64,000 nt of DNA from the NCBI GenBank assembly GCA_964106915.2, contig OZ066919.1; one strand, given 5' to 3'. Made by a program: the position numbers and the translations under genes. The notes under the pieces are model-generated. The model had not been told where the DNA came from and did not search any database. It saw only the letters and a program-made list of their open reading frames with translations. The stretch comes from Podarcis gaigeae. Taxonomy: Eukaryota. Shown piece by piece: positions 1-14,295 of the stretch (position 1 is its first letter; every line of letters starts with the position of its first letter).

Positions 1-339
1 CCTTCTTAAGTGTTCAACCAGTTGTTATAGCATTACACACTAAGGCTGTATACCCACAATATTTTATCACACATTTGAAGCAGCTTAATCTGGGATAGCT
101 CAGTCGGTAGTTTGTTCAGAGTTGCTGGGTATAATAACTCTGTGAGGGATAAACTACAGTGCTCAGAATTCTTAGAGGGGAGGAAATGCTGGCAGGAAGT
201 ATAATCGGAGGGGATTGTCTCACTCCCCAGGATAAATTCTCGAATAGATTTTACTTCCTGCCAGTAAAGAGATGGGCACAGACAACCCATAACATGGAAC
301 ACATTCACCCCTACAGGAGAATAATGTGATCTAAAGACA

Positions 340-445
340 GCAGAGACCCAGGTTCAAATCTCTGCTGAGCCAGGAAGCTCACTGGGAGACCTGGGGCAAG
401 TCTAAGCCCAGCTTAGGGTTGATGTAAATTTAAAATGGGGGGGAG
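340..445 (+). mobile_element. Old tRNA-derived SINE fragment (Squam3/MIR-like)
   Basis: gagacccaggttcaaatc B-box followed by gaagctcactggg.gacct.gggcaagtc. Confidence 0.6.
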
Positions 446-739
446 GGGGAGCCACACACTCATTTTGATCATGTGATTCTTACATTGCATTGCCTTTCCA
501 ATGAAGTTTCTATTTCAAGGTAATCTGTGTTCCAAAAATGTGACAGTGTTACAATCACAATTCTACAAACTTATAAAATCTCCAAATTGTATGGTTCTTT
601 TTTCATAAGTAAAAAAGAAAAAGAAAAATACAGAGTGTACAAACAACAGTTTTAATTGCACCCCATCATTTAGGTTTAAGAGCAGCTCTGGCTCTTCATA
701 GTGCTGAATAAAAGTGCTGGAAAAGTCAGTGTTATGAGT

Positions 740-2517
740 GATTTCTGAAACCCCATTTTATTTTAAAAACACATTCCATTCCTGATTTAGTTCATCTAGT
801 TCTATTGTGATATTCTTTCAAAAATACTACCATTGCGAATTCTTAACATCACTAAAAAAGCACTGAAAGGCTGAAAAATTGATACTTGCTCTAACTACAA
901 CAAAATAGAAGTCACAGTCTCCGTATATTAGAAATAAATATGAAAAGTATTCAGAAAGTCATTTAGATCTCAACTGCATCTTAAGAAGGAGATAGTAAGA
1001 AAAGTCTTAACAGTTCATTAGGAAACAATATACAAAGAACCAGTCGGAAAATGAAATAAAAGCAAAACTAAGGAAGAATATGGAGAATATTTTACTTCTG
1101 TCAGACCTCAGACACTCAGCATAAAAACATGGTTCTGGATTTGAAAAAGAGAAATACGTAGTTTCTTCATCTCAAAAAATCCACATGAAACTGAATGTTG
1201 AAGGATCATTTTGTGTGTCCACTGGTATGCAGCATTCAGCAACTATATTATAAAATACAGACTCACAGAAATATCAGTATTTTCTTGCCTCTCCTTTGCT
1301 CATTCCTGATCAAGCAAACAGGTTCTTTGGTTACTGAAAAGTTTCTATCTCATGCGAATGCTGAAAAACTGGTTTAACCAGCTATAATTGGAACTTGGGT
1401 GACTTTGAACTTCTTATGGCACTGAGACTGGGTTCCTACATTACTCTGGCAGAGTGGGATGCCATTCCTTTGCACGTCCCCGTGATATTGAGAAAAGCCC
1501 TGGACCCGTGGGAAGAATCTGCACTGCATCTCCTCGCTTATGCCAGCACTGAACTTTGAAAAACGGGATCCCCCCGCGTGGCTTGCTATGTTTCCCATAC
1601 TGCCAAGGTAATTTAAGAACAAAGTCTAACGAAAAAAATGGTCTACACGTACTGGAATTCAAAGAACTGGTTCTATTATTCTATTTTGCCAACTCAGATT
1701 TTAAAAATCCCAGATGCCCTGAAACTCTTGTGGGTGTAGAGTTTTATATACACCTCCATGTGAGGATTATGCACATGCAATTTTAAATTAGGGAATTTGC
1801 AAGGAGGGTGTTTAAAATTCAAATGTATTCGTAATTACTCTTTTTACAGTTTTGGTAAACTATCATCATAACAAAAGAAGCCAGTTTGGATTTATTCATC
1901 CCTTTTCCAAAGTCTGAAAGAATATACAGTACATATACAGAATGACAATTTGATTCATCTAAAGCAGTCTTCACTTTGCTCAGTTCCTAGAGTTCTTTTG
2001 ACTAGAAGATAATACCAATCAAATCCAAAGGTTTTCCACAAGTGAAACGATAAAGCAAAGAACCAAGAACTATGCTGAGAAGCGAAGTGGTTTAGAACAT
2101 CTACCTCTATATCTATATATACATACACACACAAGTTCGTAACCTTTCATGAAAATCACCCTATATCCTATTGATGAACAGAAACGTTATTGTAAAAATG
2201 TTGCTAGTTTAACAAAATGGAGAAGAAATGGCTTGCTATCAAAATATACATTTGAATTGCAGGCTAGAAGGTTTATGCTATTAAAAAATAGTTTTAAGCA
2301 AAATCCCTTGCTTGTGATGACGACTGGCTGCGGGCTTGTCATTGCAACATGATGATCCAACAAGGTCTTATAAAAAGATTGAACAATGACTCCCTTCTTT
2401 ATCTGTATAATGTTCTTGACAAATGCGGGCAAGGAGAACTCCTTCCTCTCTGTAGACCAGAGCAGTTTTCAAAGTTCTCAATCCAAAGTTTGAGAAAACA
2501 AAATGGCAGTCAAGAAT
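740..2517 (-). other. CDC73: CDC73 3' UTR (distal end uncertain)
   Basis: AU-rich sequence downstream of the stop with no recognised transposons; minus-strand AATAAA at 1891-1896 and 757-762; Pumilio-type TGTATATA at 2116-2123 and 1745-1752. The true end may lie further out. Confidence 0.55.
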
Positions 2518-2554
2518 TCAGAATCTCAAGTGGGATTTGTGTTTTACCATGTAC
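2518..2554 (-). CDS. CDC73: CDC73 final coding exon 17 (37 coding bp including TGA)
   Basis: ttgcag|G TAC ATG GTA AAA CAC AAA TCC CAC TTG AGA TTC TGA = YMVKHKSHLRF*, the parafibromin C-terminus. Confidence 0.97.
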
Positions 2555-2929
2555 CTGCAATGTAAAGAAAATCACCATTATAGAATCTTGCAGCAGCTGC
2601 ATAAATTTAGGCATGCATTCTCTCTCTTGCAAAAGTGATGTTAACAACCCAAGATGTAAGAAACTAAGCTAAGGAAAATGGTAAAGCAATAAATTGTTTC
2701 CCCCCCTCCTTTTGCATTTGTAACTAGCTATCATCTGTTCCAATTGCCCCCCCCCCCCCATCATCTGAATGGCACAGATGTGGTGTGTCAACAACATACA
2801 ACAACTAACTCTCCATCAATAGATTTTTAAAGTAAATCTTTCACTACTCTGATTGACAGACTGAAAATGGACTTCAGCGATAAATCGGAGGAGGGCAGAT
2901 GACATAAACTGAAATAGTACTTGCAGAGT

Positions 2930-3325
2930 ATTTATTTATTTAAAACGTTATTATCAGAAGCTCTTCAGTCAAAGCTCTGAGTGGCTTACAAAATAATATA
3001 CAATACAATCCAGCGACGACAGATTTAGCAGGCAGTTAAAAATCTAGAGTAAAATGGAAACAAAACTAAAAAGCCTGGGCAATTTTTTTTTAAAAAAAAA
3101 TGTTTGCCTGCCACGGAAAAGAAATACAGATGGAATTCAACAAAATTCTATAGAAAGGGAGTTCCATAAACAGGTTGCTACAATGGAAAAGACCTTGTCT
3201 CCAATCACAACCCGCATTACTTTAGATGATGGGGGACCCTGAAATATGCCCTCTTAATGACAGGGCAAGTTCATTCAATAGTCCTTCGGGTATTCTGGTC
3301 CCAAGCCATTTAAGGTTAAAAGGTG
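2930..3325 (-). mobile_element. Old L2 LINE 3' fragment in CDC73 intron 16
   Basis: (TTTA)n tail, ctctgagtggcttaca, gggagttcca, ggtcccaagccatttaagg. Confidence 0.6.
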
Positions 3326-3835
3326 CTTTGAAATGGTTTGGTACCTGCATGTCCTTTCCAAACTGGTGCAATCTACTCCATATGACCGATTCCAGATAAT
3401 TAAACTGCTGTATCTTTGCTCTAAATGTTTTACATCTCTAGATAAAAGGCTAAAAATATTTAGCTTTGCGTTTGTTACCTTAAGTTTGGATGTAAATAAT
3501 TGGGAGGGGGGAGAGGTAAGAGTTCACTTTGAGCCAGATCTCTAAAAATGGAGGATATAGTGCAAGGGGAGACATTTGTTAAGCTGTAGAAACTCTTTAT
3601 GAGCTGCTATTGGTACAGGTTGGAGAGCAGGGTATTAGAGAAGTGAGCAGGAATCCCAATCAATATAGATGTTCTTGTGTATTGCTAATTAATATGTAAT
3701 TTGCAACAGTGCAGCAAAGTGGCCTTATGTGGTGGGTATTTGACTATTGTTTTTAATAGCTTGCCAGTTTCAACAGATGGCTTTTATTTAAAAATGCAAA
3801 TGCATTCTCTCCCCCCACCCCCAAAATGCTACTTA

Positions 3836-4015
<180 letters not shown>

Positions 4016-7000
4016 TTAAAAGAACTCTTAACACCCAAACTCATTTTGGATGACTGCGATTCTGAAACAGAAGACACAACAAGACCAGTGTGTAGGGATA
4101 TCACTGTACACACAGCTAGGCTTCATTTCTGTGATCCACCTAGGAGCTTAAGATGGCAACTATGGTGCCCTTGTGAACTAGCCCTAATGCCCAACTTCCG
4201 TGTCACGAGTTTTTAGAAGAATACTCTGATTTCTGTACTTATTCTAAGGAGCTGTTCCAACATAATGGCTTGCATTTTTGTTAGGCCCACAATCCAATCA
4301 AATAAAGGTTAATTGAAACACATTTTAATGAACATTTTAATGAATAAATATCAAATATGAAAAAATAGTATTTCTGAAGCTGGACACACAGTTTCTTGGT
4401 TTGTGGATACATATATGTGTGGAACCAGGCATCATCTTAGAAGCAGCATTCCCTCCTATGTGACGTAAAAGGGAAATGAAACTTTTAAAAGGCTACTGGC
4501 TACATACAGTTTTTATAATGGATTGTAATAAAAATGACATAGATTTAGCTGACCAATTAATTGGAGGCCCCCTTTTAGTCCATTGTACTTTTTTTTTTTT
4601 AAACTGATTAATTCAACCGATTCAGAATCAGTTTACAATTCTTATTTGCTGTTGGTCAATCACAAATTTTTGGATAAAAGCTATGGCTTGAGTCCACACT
4701 GCGGTTGCCCGTTGAAGTGGGGGCACATTGCCTGATTCCCACTTCTCCTTGCACCCTCTGAAAATCTGCTGGGGGGAGGGCATTCTGGAATAGTAAGGGG
4801 GAGATGCAGGGGATAAGCAAAAATATTCTCCTCTACTACATGGAAAGCTGGATGGTAACACTTGGAGCTAGCCCATAACTTTGGTGTTTCAGAGTACTTT
4901 GACAGAAGTGTGTCCCCCCATCACCAAAAAATGAAAACAAAACAAAACACATCAGCCCCGGAGACTACCAACTTGGAAATATTTTTAAAAGTGTATTTAG
5001 CTTCCATGTTACATAAAGTTTTGTTGTTTTTCCTCAGGCTAAAGGAATTTGCTTCATGAGTATTGCTGTGGGGTATGTGTGCCAGATAAGTTATAGAAAT
5101 GATATGCTGTTGTCAGCGGTCTCTGAGGCAGAAGTACAGCAAGGTGAATGGGACAATCATCCTGGATAAGAAGTCAGTGTGCTCATGTTTTGTTTCCAAA
5201 GAGGCTGTTTCAGTCATCCAGGTCCACTTTTAAAAAAATGGAAGCACTGCATTAAAACATGCCCTCTGAAGATCTCAACAAAATCTCGATTTCAGATGTC
5301 ACAACACTACATTAGAGTGGCACTTAAATATATTACCTCTGTAATATGAGTCTTAACCACATGGCAGAGTTTGTAAAGTGATAGCCCCACCATAGCAAAT
5401 CATCCACAAACTTAATCTTAAGATCACCATATCAAACCATGGAAATCTTTATCTAATTGCTTCTATATTTTACACACAACACACACACAAAATGCATAGG
5501 ACTTGCAACCAGTATTACAAATTGCCTGAAGGTGGAATTTCTTCCATTAAAACTTTTTTGGTATCAACAAAAAATCCTTTAAGTACATCGACTTTATGTA
5601 TCTAGGACATCTTCTAGAATTTATAATAAAAATATTATTATCATACTATGTTATACCAACCTTTCCTTTTAAAAGAAGTACACAAAGTATATCAAGGATA
5701 TATGCATTTACAAAGAAATCTATGAATGTCAAACAGATCCTTTGAGTTAGGAGCAAAATGTATTGAACAAGAATCAATCCACTAAAAGTGACCTTCAAGT
5801 TCAATAGACTTGCATTAACATGTGATTGCAAGTAGACCTTTAAAATGACATTCAGATAAAATATTCATATTGGTTAAAATGCCAAAATACAGAACTCTGC
5901 ACTGAAAATATCTACTTCCATACAGACATCTCTGAAATGAAAGGATAAAAGAAATTATTCTCGACAAAAGCAATTGGTATATGGTCCAAAAATAAACAAA
6001 TTATTTCACAAGAGGTCAAGCGCTGTAGCCTGGAAAACATAGGATAAAGAGAGTACTATTTTAAGCTTTGTCCAAGTGACACTTTATAGGATTTCAGCCA
6101 GCATAAAGTGTTATTGTGAGATACTGAGAAATAGTCTGATGTGCTCTATCTAGATGGGAGTCTAATCCCGGATTTGCATGATACATTTAGACTTTTTCTT
6201 GGATTTTACAGCAATCAGCTTTCAATTTATTTATTTATCCGAACTTTCAATCTACAGCAAACAATTCTAAATCTCTGTTAATCTTCTTCGTGGAAGAAAG
6301 CCAGTTTCCTCGTGGAAGAACTTTGAGCTTCTCTGCATGTATGAAAGTCAGGAGCGATGAGCTTCATTTAAATCCTAATGCTTCCCAGAGTACCATTTTG
6401 TCCCAGCAATTTTGATTTTCGCAACAACTTGAGTGTATACAATGGAAGATGGAAGTTCGGCAGAACTGGATTGTTGCGCTGTTTTTCAATGATGCAAGTG
6501 TGCTGGCTAAGGGACATAGTTCTAATCTAAAATAACGGATGGGAAACTGCAATACTAAGAAGTTCAGCTGCAAGTGATTAATGGAATATATGCCTGACTA
6601 TTCTATGTCAGGAGGTTTTAGTAGGCAGGGTTGCAAACATTTCTCCCTGGGAACATCCATCCTCCCTGGCAATATAGATGAAAATGGATCCTTGGATGCT
6701 CATGCGTAGGTCCAGATTTTTCAGTTTGTGTATGTGCACACTGTTGCAGGCGAGATGAACAGTTCTGAAGATTAAAGAGAGTTTTAAGCTGTTCTGTGGG
6801 TGAAGCAATTGTTTGTATTGAGTTACAGATGAGAAAAGAAGCTCAAAAGTCTACCATTCCCATGCAGAGCTAAGGAGCAGAAATCTGGAGCAGTTTGCAG
6901 AAGAGGAGGCACACCTGCTATCATGATACTGAGATGCTTCTCAACCGTAAATTCCATCAAAACAATATAAAAATAGTAGAAGTCCACAGCCCAAGGTAAT

Positions 7001-7194
7001 TCAAATCAATATGTGAATTTCAGCTCCCATCCCATCCTGTAGCTGCCTTCAGACCCCATTGTCTCCTTTGACTTGCAAAGTCAGAATGCCATAGTGACAC
7101 TAGAAGCAACAAATGGGGGAACTCTCTTGTCAAGATCTATCCATCACTTCATTAATCCCTTGCTTCCCTCAAGTCCTCCTCGGTACCTTTCCAA

Positions 7195-7330
7195 AAACCC
7201 TTCACAACAACTTTGGCTTATCCTCCCCAAAAAAGCTCAACAACTGTGGTCAATCTAATGGGTAGATCGCTGCCAGTTTTTTTATAGTGGGAGTAGATCA
7301 CAGTCTCTTGGAAGCTGGATGGGCTTGGCC
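7195..7330. mobile_element. Partial copy of the hAT MITE family seen at 51770
   Basis: Shares aaaaaagctcaacaact, gggtagatc.ctgccagtttttt and gggagtagatcacagtctcttgg. Confidence 0.7.
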
Positions 7331-7607
7331 TATACTATTCCTTCTTCCCTCGTCTCTAGGGTCCCTGCCATGTTGGCTCCCTACACTCTGGTCCTCTTTC
7401 TAGATTTCAGCCTGACCTTATGTGAATCCCAGCAAAAATAACAATTCATCATTCCTTCAGAGAAGCCTGACAGCAAACTAGTTCCCTTAGCAAATGATGC
7501 TCTGTGCTACCAAACCAGCCTTGCTGATCAGTGTCAGGTGAGTTAACACCTCCATCAAAATAATACAAGGTTGATAATTCATAATTAAAACAGGTGGCAG
7601 AGAATTA

Positions 7608-7820
<213 letters not shown>

Positions 7821-7977
7821 TTATTCACATAAAGTTTTCTCCACTGCATAAGAACTTTGAACTGTTCACGTCTTGTGGATATCTGATCCCGGTCTTATTA
7901 AATGTATTTAGACATTGAACTAATGTCTGGAAATCTTCAACAACAAGGCTAACCAGGAACATGGACTGCACATGTAA

Positions 7978-7980
<3 letters not shown>

Positions 7981-8020
<40 letters not shown>
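7981..8020. repeat. (CT)n microsatellite
   Basis: Direct reading. Confidence 0.95.
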
Positions 8021-8023
<3 letters not shown>

Positions 8024-8579
8024 GGAAAGAGTTTATTGTTGTTCCTTAAGATGGGAAATAGTTCCAGTGGAGAATTATTTGAATTTATTTATGCATTTTC
8101 ACAGACTTAATATACACATATTACAGTTCTCATATTTCTAACCCTACTTGGGAATTTATTTCCTTGTTGTATCTCTTTAAATACTCGCCAAAAAGCTCCC
8201 ACTCTTCCTGTATCATGTAATCTTAATCTATACTGAGCCATTACCAGGACAGGTCACCATGAGCACAGAAAAAGGAGAATTTGGAAGCAGGGAGAAAAAG
8301 GTCATGAGAATCTCTCTTTTGCATTCCCCCAAGAGAGTTGATAGTTTTGTTTGCAGTTTGGGAAAAAGAAACATACTTTCTGCTAATCACATTAGAAGTG
8401 ACCCACTGTCATAATGCTCTTTTCATGGAAAAAAACAATGGCCATTGTGGATTTTGTAGACCCAGACAACTATGGAACATTGCAGTTTAAGATGACCAAT
8501 AACTCAGTGCTCTCTTCATGAGAGTCCCGAAGGAACACTCTTAGTAACAAATTATCATTATCCTCATCATCATCATCAT

Positions 8580-8895
8580 TACCCCACCCATCAAACACTA
8601 AAAACTTCCGTAAACAGGCCTGCCTTCTGATGTCTTCTAAAAGTCAGATATTTGTTTATTTCCTTGACATCTGATGGGAGGGCGTTCCACAGGGCGAGTG
8701 CCACTACTGAAAAGACCCTCTGCCTGGTTCCCTGTAACCTCCCTTCTTGCAGTGAGGGAACCGCCAGAGGGCCCTCGGAGCTGGACTTCAGTGTTCAGGC
8801 TGAACGATGGGGGTGGAGACGCTCCTTCAGGTATACTGGACTGAGGGTGTGTAGGGCTTTTAAGGTTAGCACCAACAATTTGAATTGTGCTTGGG
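8580..8895 (-). mobile_element. L2 LINE 3' fragment
   Basis: Reverse-orientation relative of the 58595 family; translation ...LRGPSGGSLTARREVTGNQAEGLF. Confidence 0.82.
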
Positions 8896-9088
8896 AACGT
8901 GGTGGGATTGTGTCCATTTGACACAGCCATGTTAGCAATCAAATATCCAATGAGAAGGTATGATGCCAGAATGGTTATTTCCAGAAATGAAAGTAAGTGG
9001 ACAGTACTTGGCTTCAAGGGAGCTGTATCCTAGCTCTATTGTCAGCAGTAGGGAAACAGCAACAGCAAGAAAACTTCACCCTCCCTTA

Positions 9089-9325
<237 letters not shown>

Positions 9326-9514
9326 TTACGTAGTCAAGAGATTAATCAGAAATTGGACAGAATCACAGGGAATTACTGAACAATATAAGCTAACAGAGCC
9401 TCTAAATTGATAAAAATAATTTCAGAAAATCTCTAGACTACTCCAAAAAATAGAGACATGCATGCTATTTAAATGGATATTTTACACCACAAATGGTGTC
9501 ACTAGAAATAAATT

Positions 9515-9705
9515 CCAGATGGATAGGTGTGTTAGTCTATGCCTGAAAAGTAACAAAAAGTCCTATGGCACCTTATATACCAACAAATTTATCGGAGCAT
9601 AAGCTTATGTGAGCCAGATCTCGCTTTGTCAGATGTGGGTGGGCTGTGGTCCACAAAGATTTATGCCACAATAAATTTGTTAGTTTGTAACATTTCACAG
9701 GATTC
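9515..9705. mobile_element. Old degenerate Penelope-like element fragment
   Basis: gtgttagtct...ggcacctta...caacaaatttat..gcataagctt, with inverted partner ttatgccacaataaatttgttag; decayed hammerhead-like motif at 9597-9636. Confidence 0.65.
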
Positions 9706-12483
9706 AGTTTTTATTAAAGACAAGGATGACTTGGCAGTCTTGCAAAAAAGCCTACATGCCTAGGAGCCTAATCTTACAGCTCATTTTGGCTGCAAGGATG
9801 TACCGTATCAACTGCTAGATGTCTCTCAGAAGAGAAGAAATCAAATTCTTGAATCAATTAATTTACATATATTCAAATTCATTAACCCCACAGCCGCCAA
9901 AGTAGCAACAATGGAACAAGAAGGAACTTTTCCCAGTTATTTGAACATTTCATGACATGTTTAGATGCATGGAAGATAATGTTCAGTAGTGCCATGGAAG
10001 GTAAACTTGAGTAAAAGAAGGAATCTGAATTAGACGAATCCAGAGAGGTTTTTATGACAGCAACTCATTAGGAGCATAAATATGGTGAAAAAGAAATGGT
10101 TAGACAGCTCATTGCCAAATGCCAATACGTACATTTTAGGTTCTAGCAATATAAACAACTGAACACAAACACCATATCTAAACAATGCATTTATTGAATT
10201 TCCTTGCTTTCAGAAGCAATAAATAGTTTCTTCTTAGAAATGGTCAATAGCAGTACAATTACTGACCAATTACTTCCTTTTTGAGCTAGCGATCAAGATA
10301 ATCTCTCGCTTTTAAATTGAACACAGAAAGTGCACTATTAATATTCACATACTGATCTCCTTTGCATTATGGGGAAAAAAGTTTATTGAAAGTTAACACT
10401 TATGATGCCTTAAACCTGGCTCTTTGACAAGATACCTGGAGAAACATGACGTATTAAGGAAAATATGAACTCCAGATCTGCTATTTATGAGTACCTTTTC
10501 AATAAGAAGCAAACAAAATAACTTACTTTTATTATCTCAAGAAAATAAATCCATAAATAATGGCAATTTTGCCTATTTATCTGTCCATCCATCCATCTCT
10601 CCACACACACACACCCCTTCCTTCATCGTAAGATCTCAGGGCAGTTTACAGAATAAAGATGAGAGTGAGCTAAGTGTGTTTTTTCTAAACCCCAATCAAA
10701 TTAGTTTTGTCCGCCTACAAATTCTAGTAACTCTTATTATCGCTGGAATTAAGTTTCTAGGAGGACAAATACAATAAAATGCAAATCAGAAGTAGTTTCT
10801 GAAAAATAATAACAATAATTTTATTTTATTAATAAAGGTGCCAAAGCACAATTTCAACATTTTTGTGTGTGCACACTAGAAAACATGGCATCTGAACGTT
10901 AGCTGACCTACATTTTTAATTACTTTCAACTTAGCAGCATTTCCTTGAAAATGCATTTTAAAGCCTTCCATATTCTTTTCTTCAGTTCAGCACTGTCTCA
11001 GTAACACTTCCTGCAATAAGTGGAGAACTATGACATTTTCCCAACATGGGTAACATGCCACTGGGTGAAGGCAGCCAATTACAAAACTTGAGAACATAAC
11101 GATGGGAAAGCGTTATGCTCCAGGAATTCCTAACTAAGAAGCCAACCTCCTTTCTTGGTTTGGGACTCATAAGAGAAGAAATTGAAGTGGCAAACCACCA
11201 ATAGACTTGGAGTGACGTGGTTCAGTATTGTTAGGAGATGACTTATTTTTTCATCCACACCGGGTCAAAGTATAATTCACAAATTTTAGATAAGCAAAAT
11301 ATGGAAGGACACTGAGATGTTGGCCATTTCCCAGACTTCTTAAGTAGTATCATAATAAAAACCATGTGCTATAAGAATTGCTCTTTTTTAACATACTTGT
11401 CACTTAGATCCTTATTAATTAGTTGCTCCACAGATGCTCTTACCAAAAAACAAAGCAAGGTACATTGTCCACACCATTTATGAGAATATGCACGACAACC
11501 TGGATCATGTTTGCTGTTCTCATCATTGTATCTCACAGAGATAAAACCCACTGTGATACACAGAAAAGAGAACAGGAAACACAGTTGGATGCACAAACTA
11601 ATTTAAATGGAAGGTGAGATTTTCCTTCTCTAATTTGGGGGTGTAAAATATACAGACAGAGGATGAAAATTAGACTGCCAGTCATGACAGTCACACACTG
11701 ATTTGCCAGACTACAAAGAAATGTTCCTCAAGGTCACAAATCTTTAGTGGCAAAACGCTGCATTCATGGGATGATAAAGGGATAGGACTAATAGAAGTAC
11801 CGAAACAGTTGCAGCCTCCTGAGGACCATAAAAGATGCATAGAAAGAAGGGCAGAACTTCAAATACAAAACCTGCAAATGTCTGATTCGCTCGCGTTTCA
11901 GCTACCAAGTCTAGGAAAGAGATTCTTGCCACACATATTTTATTTATAATTTTATTATGTTGATGTTGAAAACTAAAGCGTAAAGTTTAAGCACAATGTA
12001 AAGGAAAACATTACAAATATAAATCAAATTAAAATTCATATAATATACGAAAGCAGAGCCTATACACACAGGGTTCAACCACTGTACTGATTTGTGAATC
12101 AATACATCCACCAACCTACAATACAACACGAAGTGTGCCTCAAAAGGCAAAAGGAAAGGCTGAAAACCTAAACTAAACTTTTCTTTTTAAAAAAGGCTTT
12201 TAAAAAGCAAATCCTCCCCCCCCCCCCCGAGCTGAGTGTATCTCTGGTGTCCATATGCTTTCTGCATGGAAGTTAAGAGGTTCTGTAGAACTCACAGTCA
12301 TAGTGTTGTTGTGTTTCTTTTGTTTCTACTAAGGAGCCTGTGCTGTAGTCACCAATTTTGTCATAAAATATAAAAAAATGCCGCTGATATAAAATAACAT
12401 GCACTGTTTCTATAATAACTTACAACTTCAGCTACATTTTTTTACACTTGACTTTTACGAAGCATATTTTACTCAGCTACTTA

Positions 12484-12588
<105 letters not shown>

Positions 12589-12776
12589 TTAAAAAACAAA
12601 ACAAAGACGTAATTTTAACAAAATGCCATTCTCATCATCATTATTATCCCTTGCTCTGTAGCTTAAAAAATTATGAAATTATGAATGCAGAACTAACTGT
12701 AAATCCTTACTTCGTATTTGCCACAAAATATAGGCTGTTTATGATTAAAGGGCTTACAAAATTAGAAGCAACTCAC

Positions 12777-12812
12777 CTTTTTTCTGGTTTGGAGGTGGTC
12801 TTGCTTGAGAGA
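12777..12812 (-). CDS. CDC73: CDC73 coding exon 12 (36 bp)
   Basis: Encodes (V)SQARPPPNQKK(G); CAG acceptor, GTGAGT donor; phase consistent with exons 11 and 13. Confidence 0.96.
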
Positions 12813-13591
12813 CTGAGCAGAGGAAAAAGAAACCACAAAATCATTGATTATATAACAAATTTTGATTCTGGATAAGATTAGTCAAATTTATTAGTCTGGA
12901 ATAATAAATCCTTAATTCCCCTCCACGTGGTGTCACTTTGTTATTATTTGCATTAATGCTGCAGTAGAAATGTGAGTTATAAGAAGCACTCACGACTCTT
13001 GTCATCCTGGCATGAGATCCCGGAGCAGGCAACTAACAAGGGGGAAAACTATTTTCTGCATACTTTCAAATCCATTCTCTGAGAAACACTGGGCAATATT
13101 TTCCTCTTCTGAATCACAGTAGCACATGCCATGACATTTTGTTCCTACAGTGTTGTGAGATTACATGCTTAAGAACTTCATAATTTCCTCCAGCAGGGGA
13201 ACATTTGTATCTGCACCAACAGTTACCAGAAACATGGATTTTATTCTAACCCAGGAAATTTAAGACTGGGTTTGAAGTTGGTTACAAATTCTGATTAGCA
13301 GTGAACACAATCGGCATACAGTACCATGAAAGAAATTGCCCAGTTCAGCAAATGTTCAGACTCAAACGTTGTACTTTGAGGAAGCAAATGAAAGCTCATC
13401 AACTGAACTCCCAACAAGTAACTTTTCAGGTTTTACAAAAATGGAGTGCAACTCACAACTTCCCAGCACTGTGGGGTGGTGCACCCCTCTTGACCGAGGG
13501 CTGAGGAAATCTCTTCCCAGCCTCAGCACCATCACTGGGAGAAGATGAGGAGCTGGGAAAGGCAATTGCCCCCGATCATAAGTATGCCTGA

Positions 13592-14295
13592 GGGACTGGG
13601 GTGGCGCTGTGGTCTAAACCAGTGTTTTTCAACCACTGTTCCGCGGCACACTAGTGTGCCGCGAGATGTTGCCTGGTGTGCCGTGGGAAAAATTGAAAAA
13701 TTTGAAAGATTTAAAAATAAAGTATTTTATAATTTTTCATATTTCTGTTTACTTACTATTTCATAATAAAGTAATTATAAAATACTTTCTTTGTGTTTAT
13801 TTGATTCCTATTCAAGAGAATTACTTTATATATAGTCAATATAGGCACAGAGTTACATTTTTTAACATTTTCTAATGGTGGTGTGCCTCGTGATTTTTTT
13901 CATGAAACAAGTGTGCCTTTGCCCAAAAAAGGTTGAAAAACACTGGTCTAAACAACTGAACCTCTGGGCTTGCCGATCAGAAGGTTGGAGGTTCAAATCC
14001 CTGCGATGGGGTGAGCTCCCGTTGCTCTGTCCCAGCTCCTGCCCACCTAGCAGTTCGAAAGCAAGTCAAAGTGCAAGTAGATAAATAGGTACCACTCCGG
14101 CGGGAAGGTAAGTGGCGTTTCCGTGCACTGCTCTGGTTTCGCCAGAAGCGGCTAGTCATGCTGGCCACATGACCCGGAAAAACTGTCTGTGGACAAATGC
14201 CAGCTCCATTGGCTAGTGAAACGAGATGAGCAGTGCAACCCAAGAGTCGTATGCAACTTGACTTAACTGTCAGGGGTCCTTCACCTTTACCTTTT
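13592..14295 (+). mobile_element. Sauria/Squam1 SINE interrupted by a hAT MITE
   Basis: tRNA-like head gggactggggtggcgctgtggtctaaac, core cctagcagttcgaaagc...agtagataaatagg, (ACCTTT)n tail; 15-bp TSD taagtatgcctgagg (13579-13593) / taagtatggctgagg (14296-14310). Confidence 0.92.
13620..13945. mobile_element. hAT (Charlie-like) non-autonomous DNA transposon nested in the SINE
   Basis: Perfect 15-bp TIRs cagtgtttttcaacc / ggttgaaaaacactg; perfect 8-bp TSD gtctaaac at 13612-13619 and 13946-13953. Confidence 0.93.

Noticed and set aside
92-110. gggatagctcagtcggtag as a tRNA gene
   Set aside because: Only an A-box/D-arm-like piece; no anticodon or T arm follows, so it is more likely a SINE head remnant or chance
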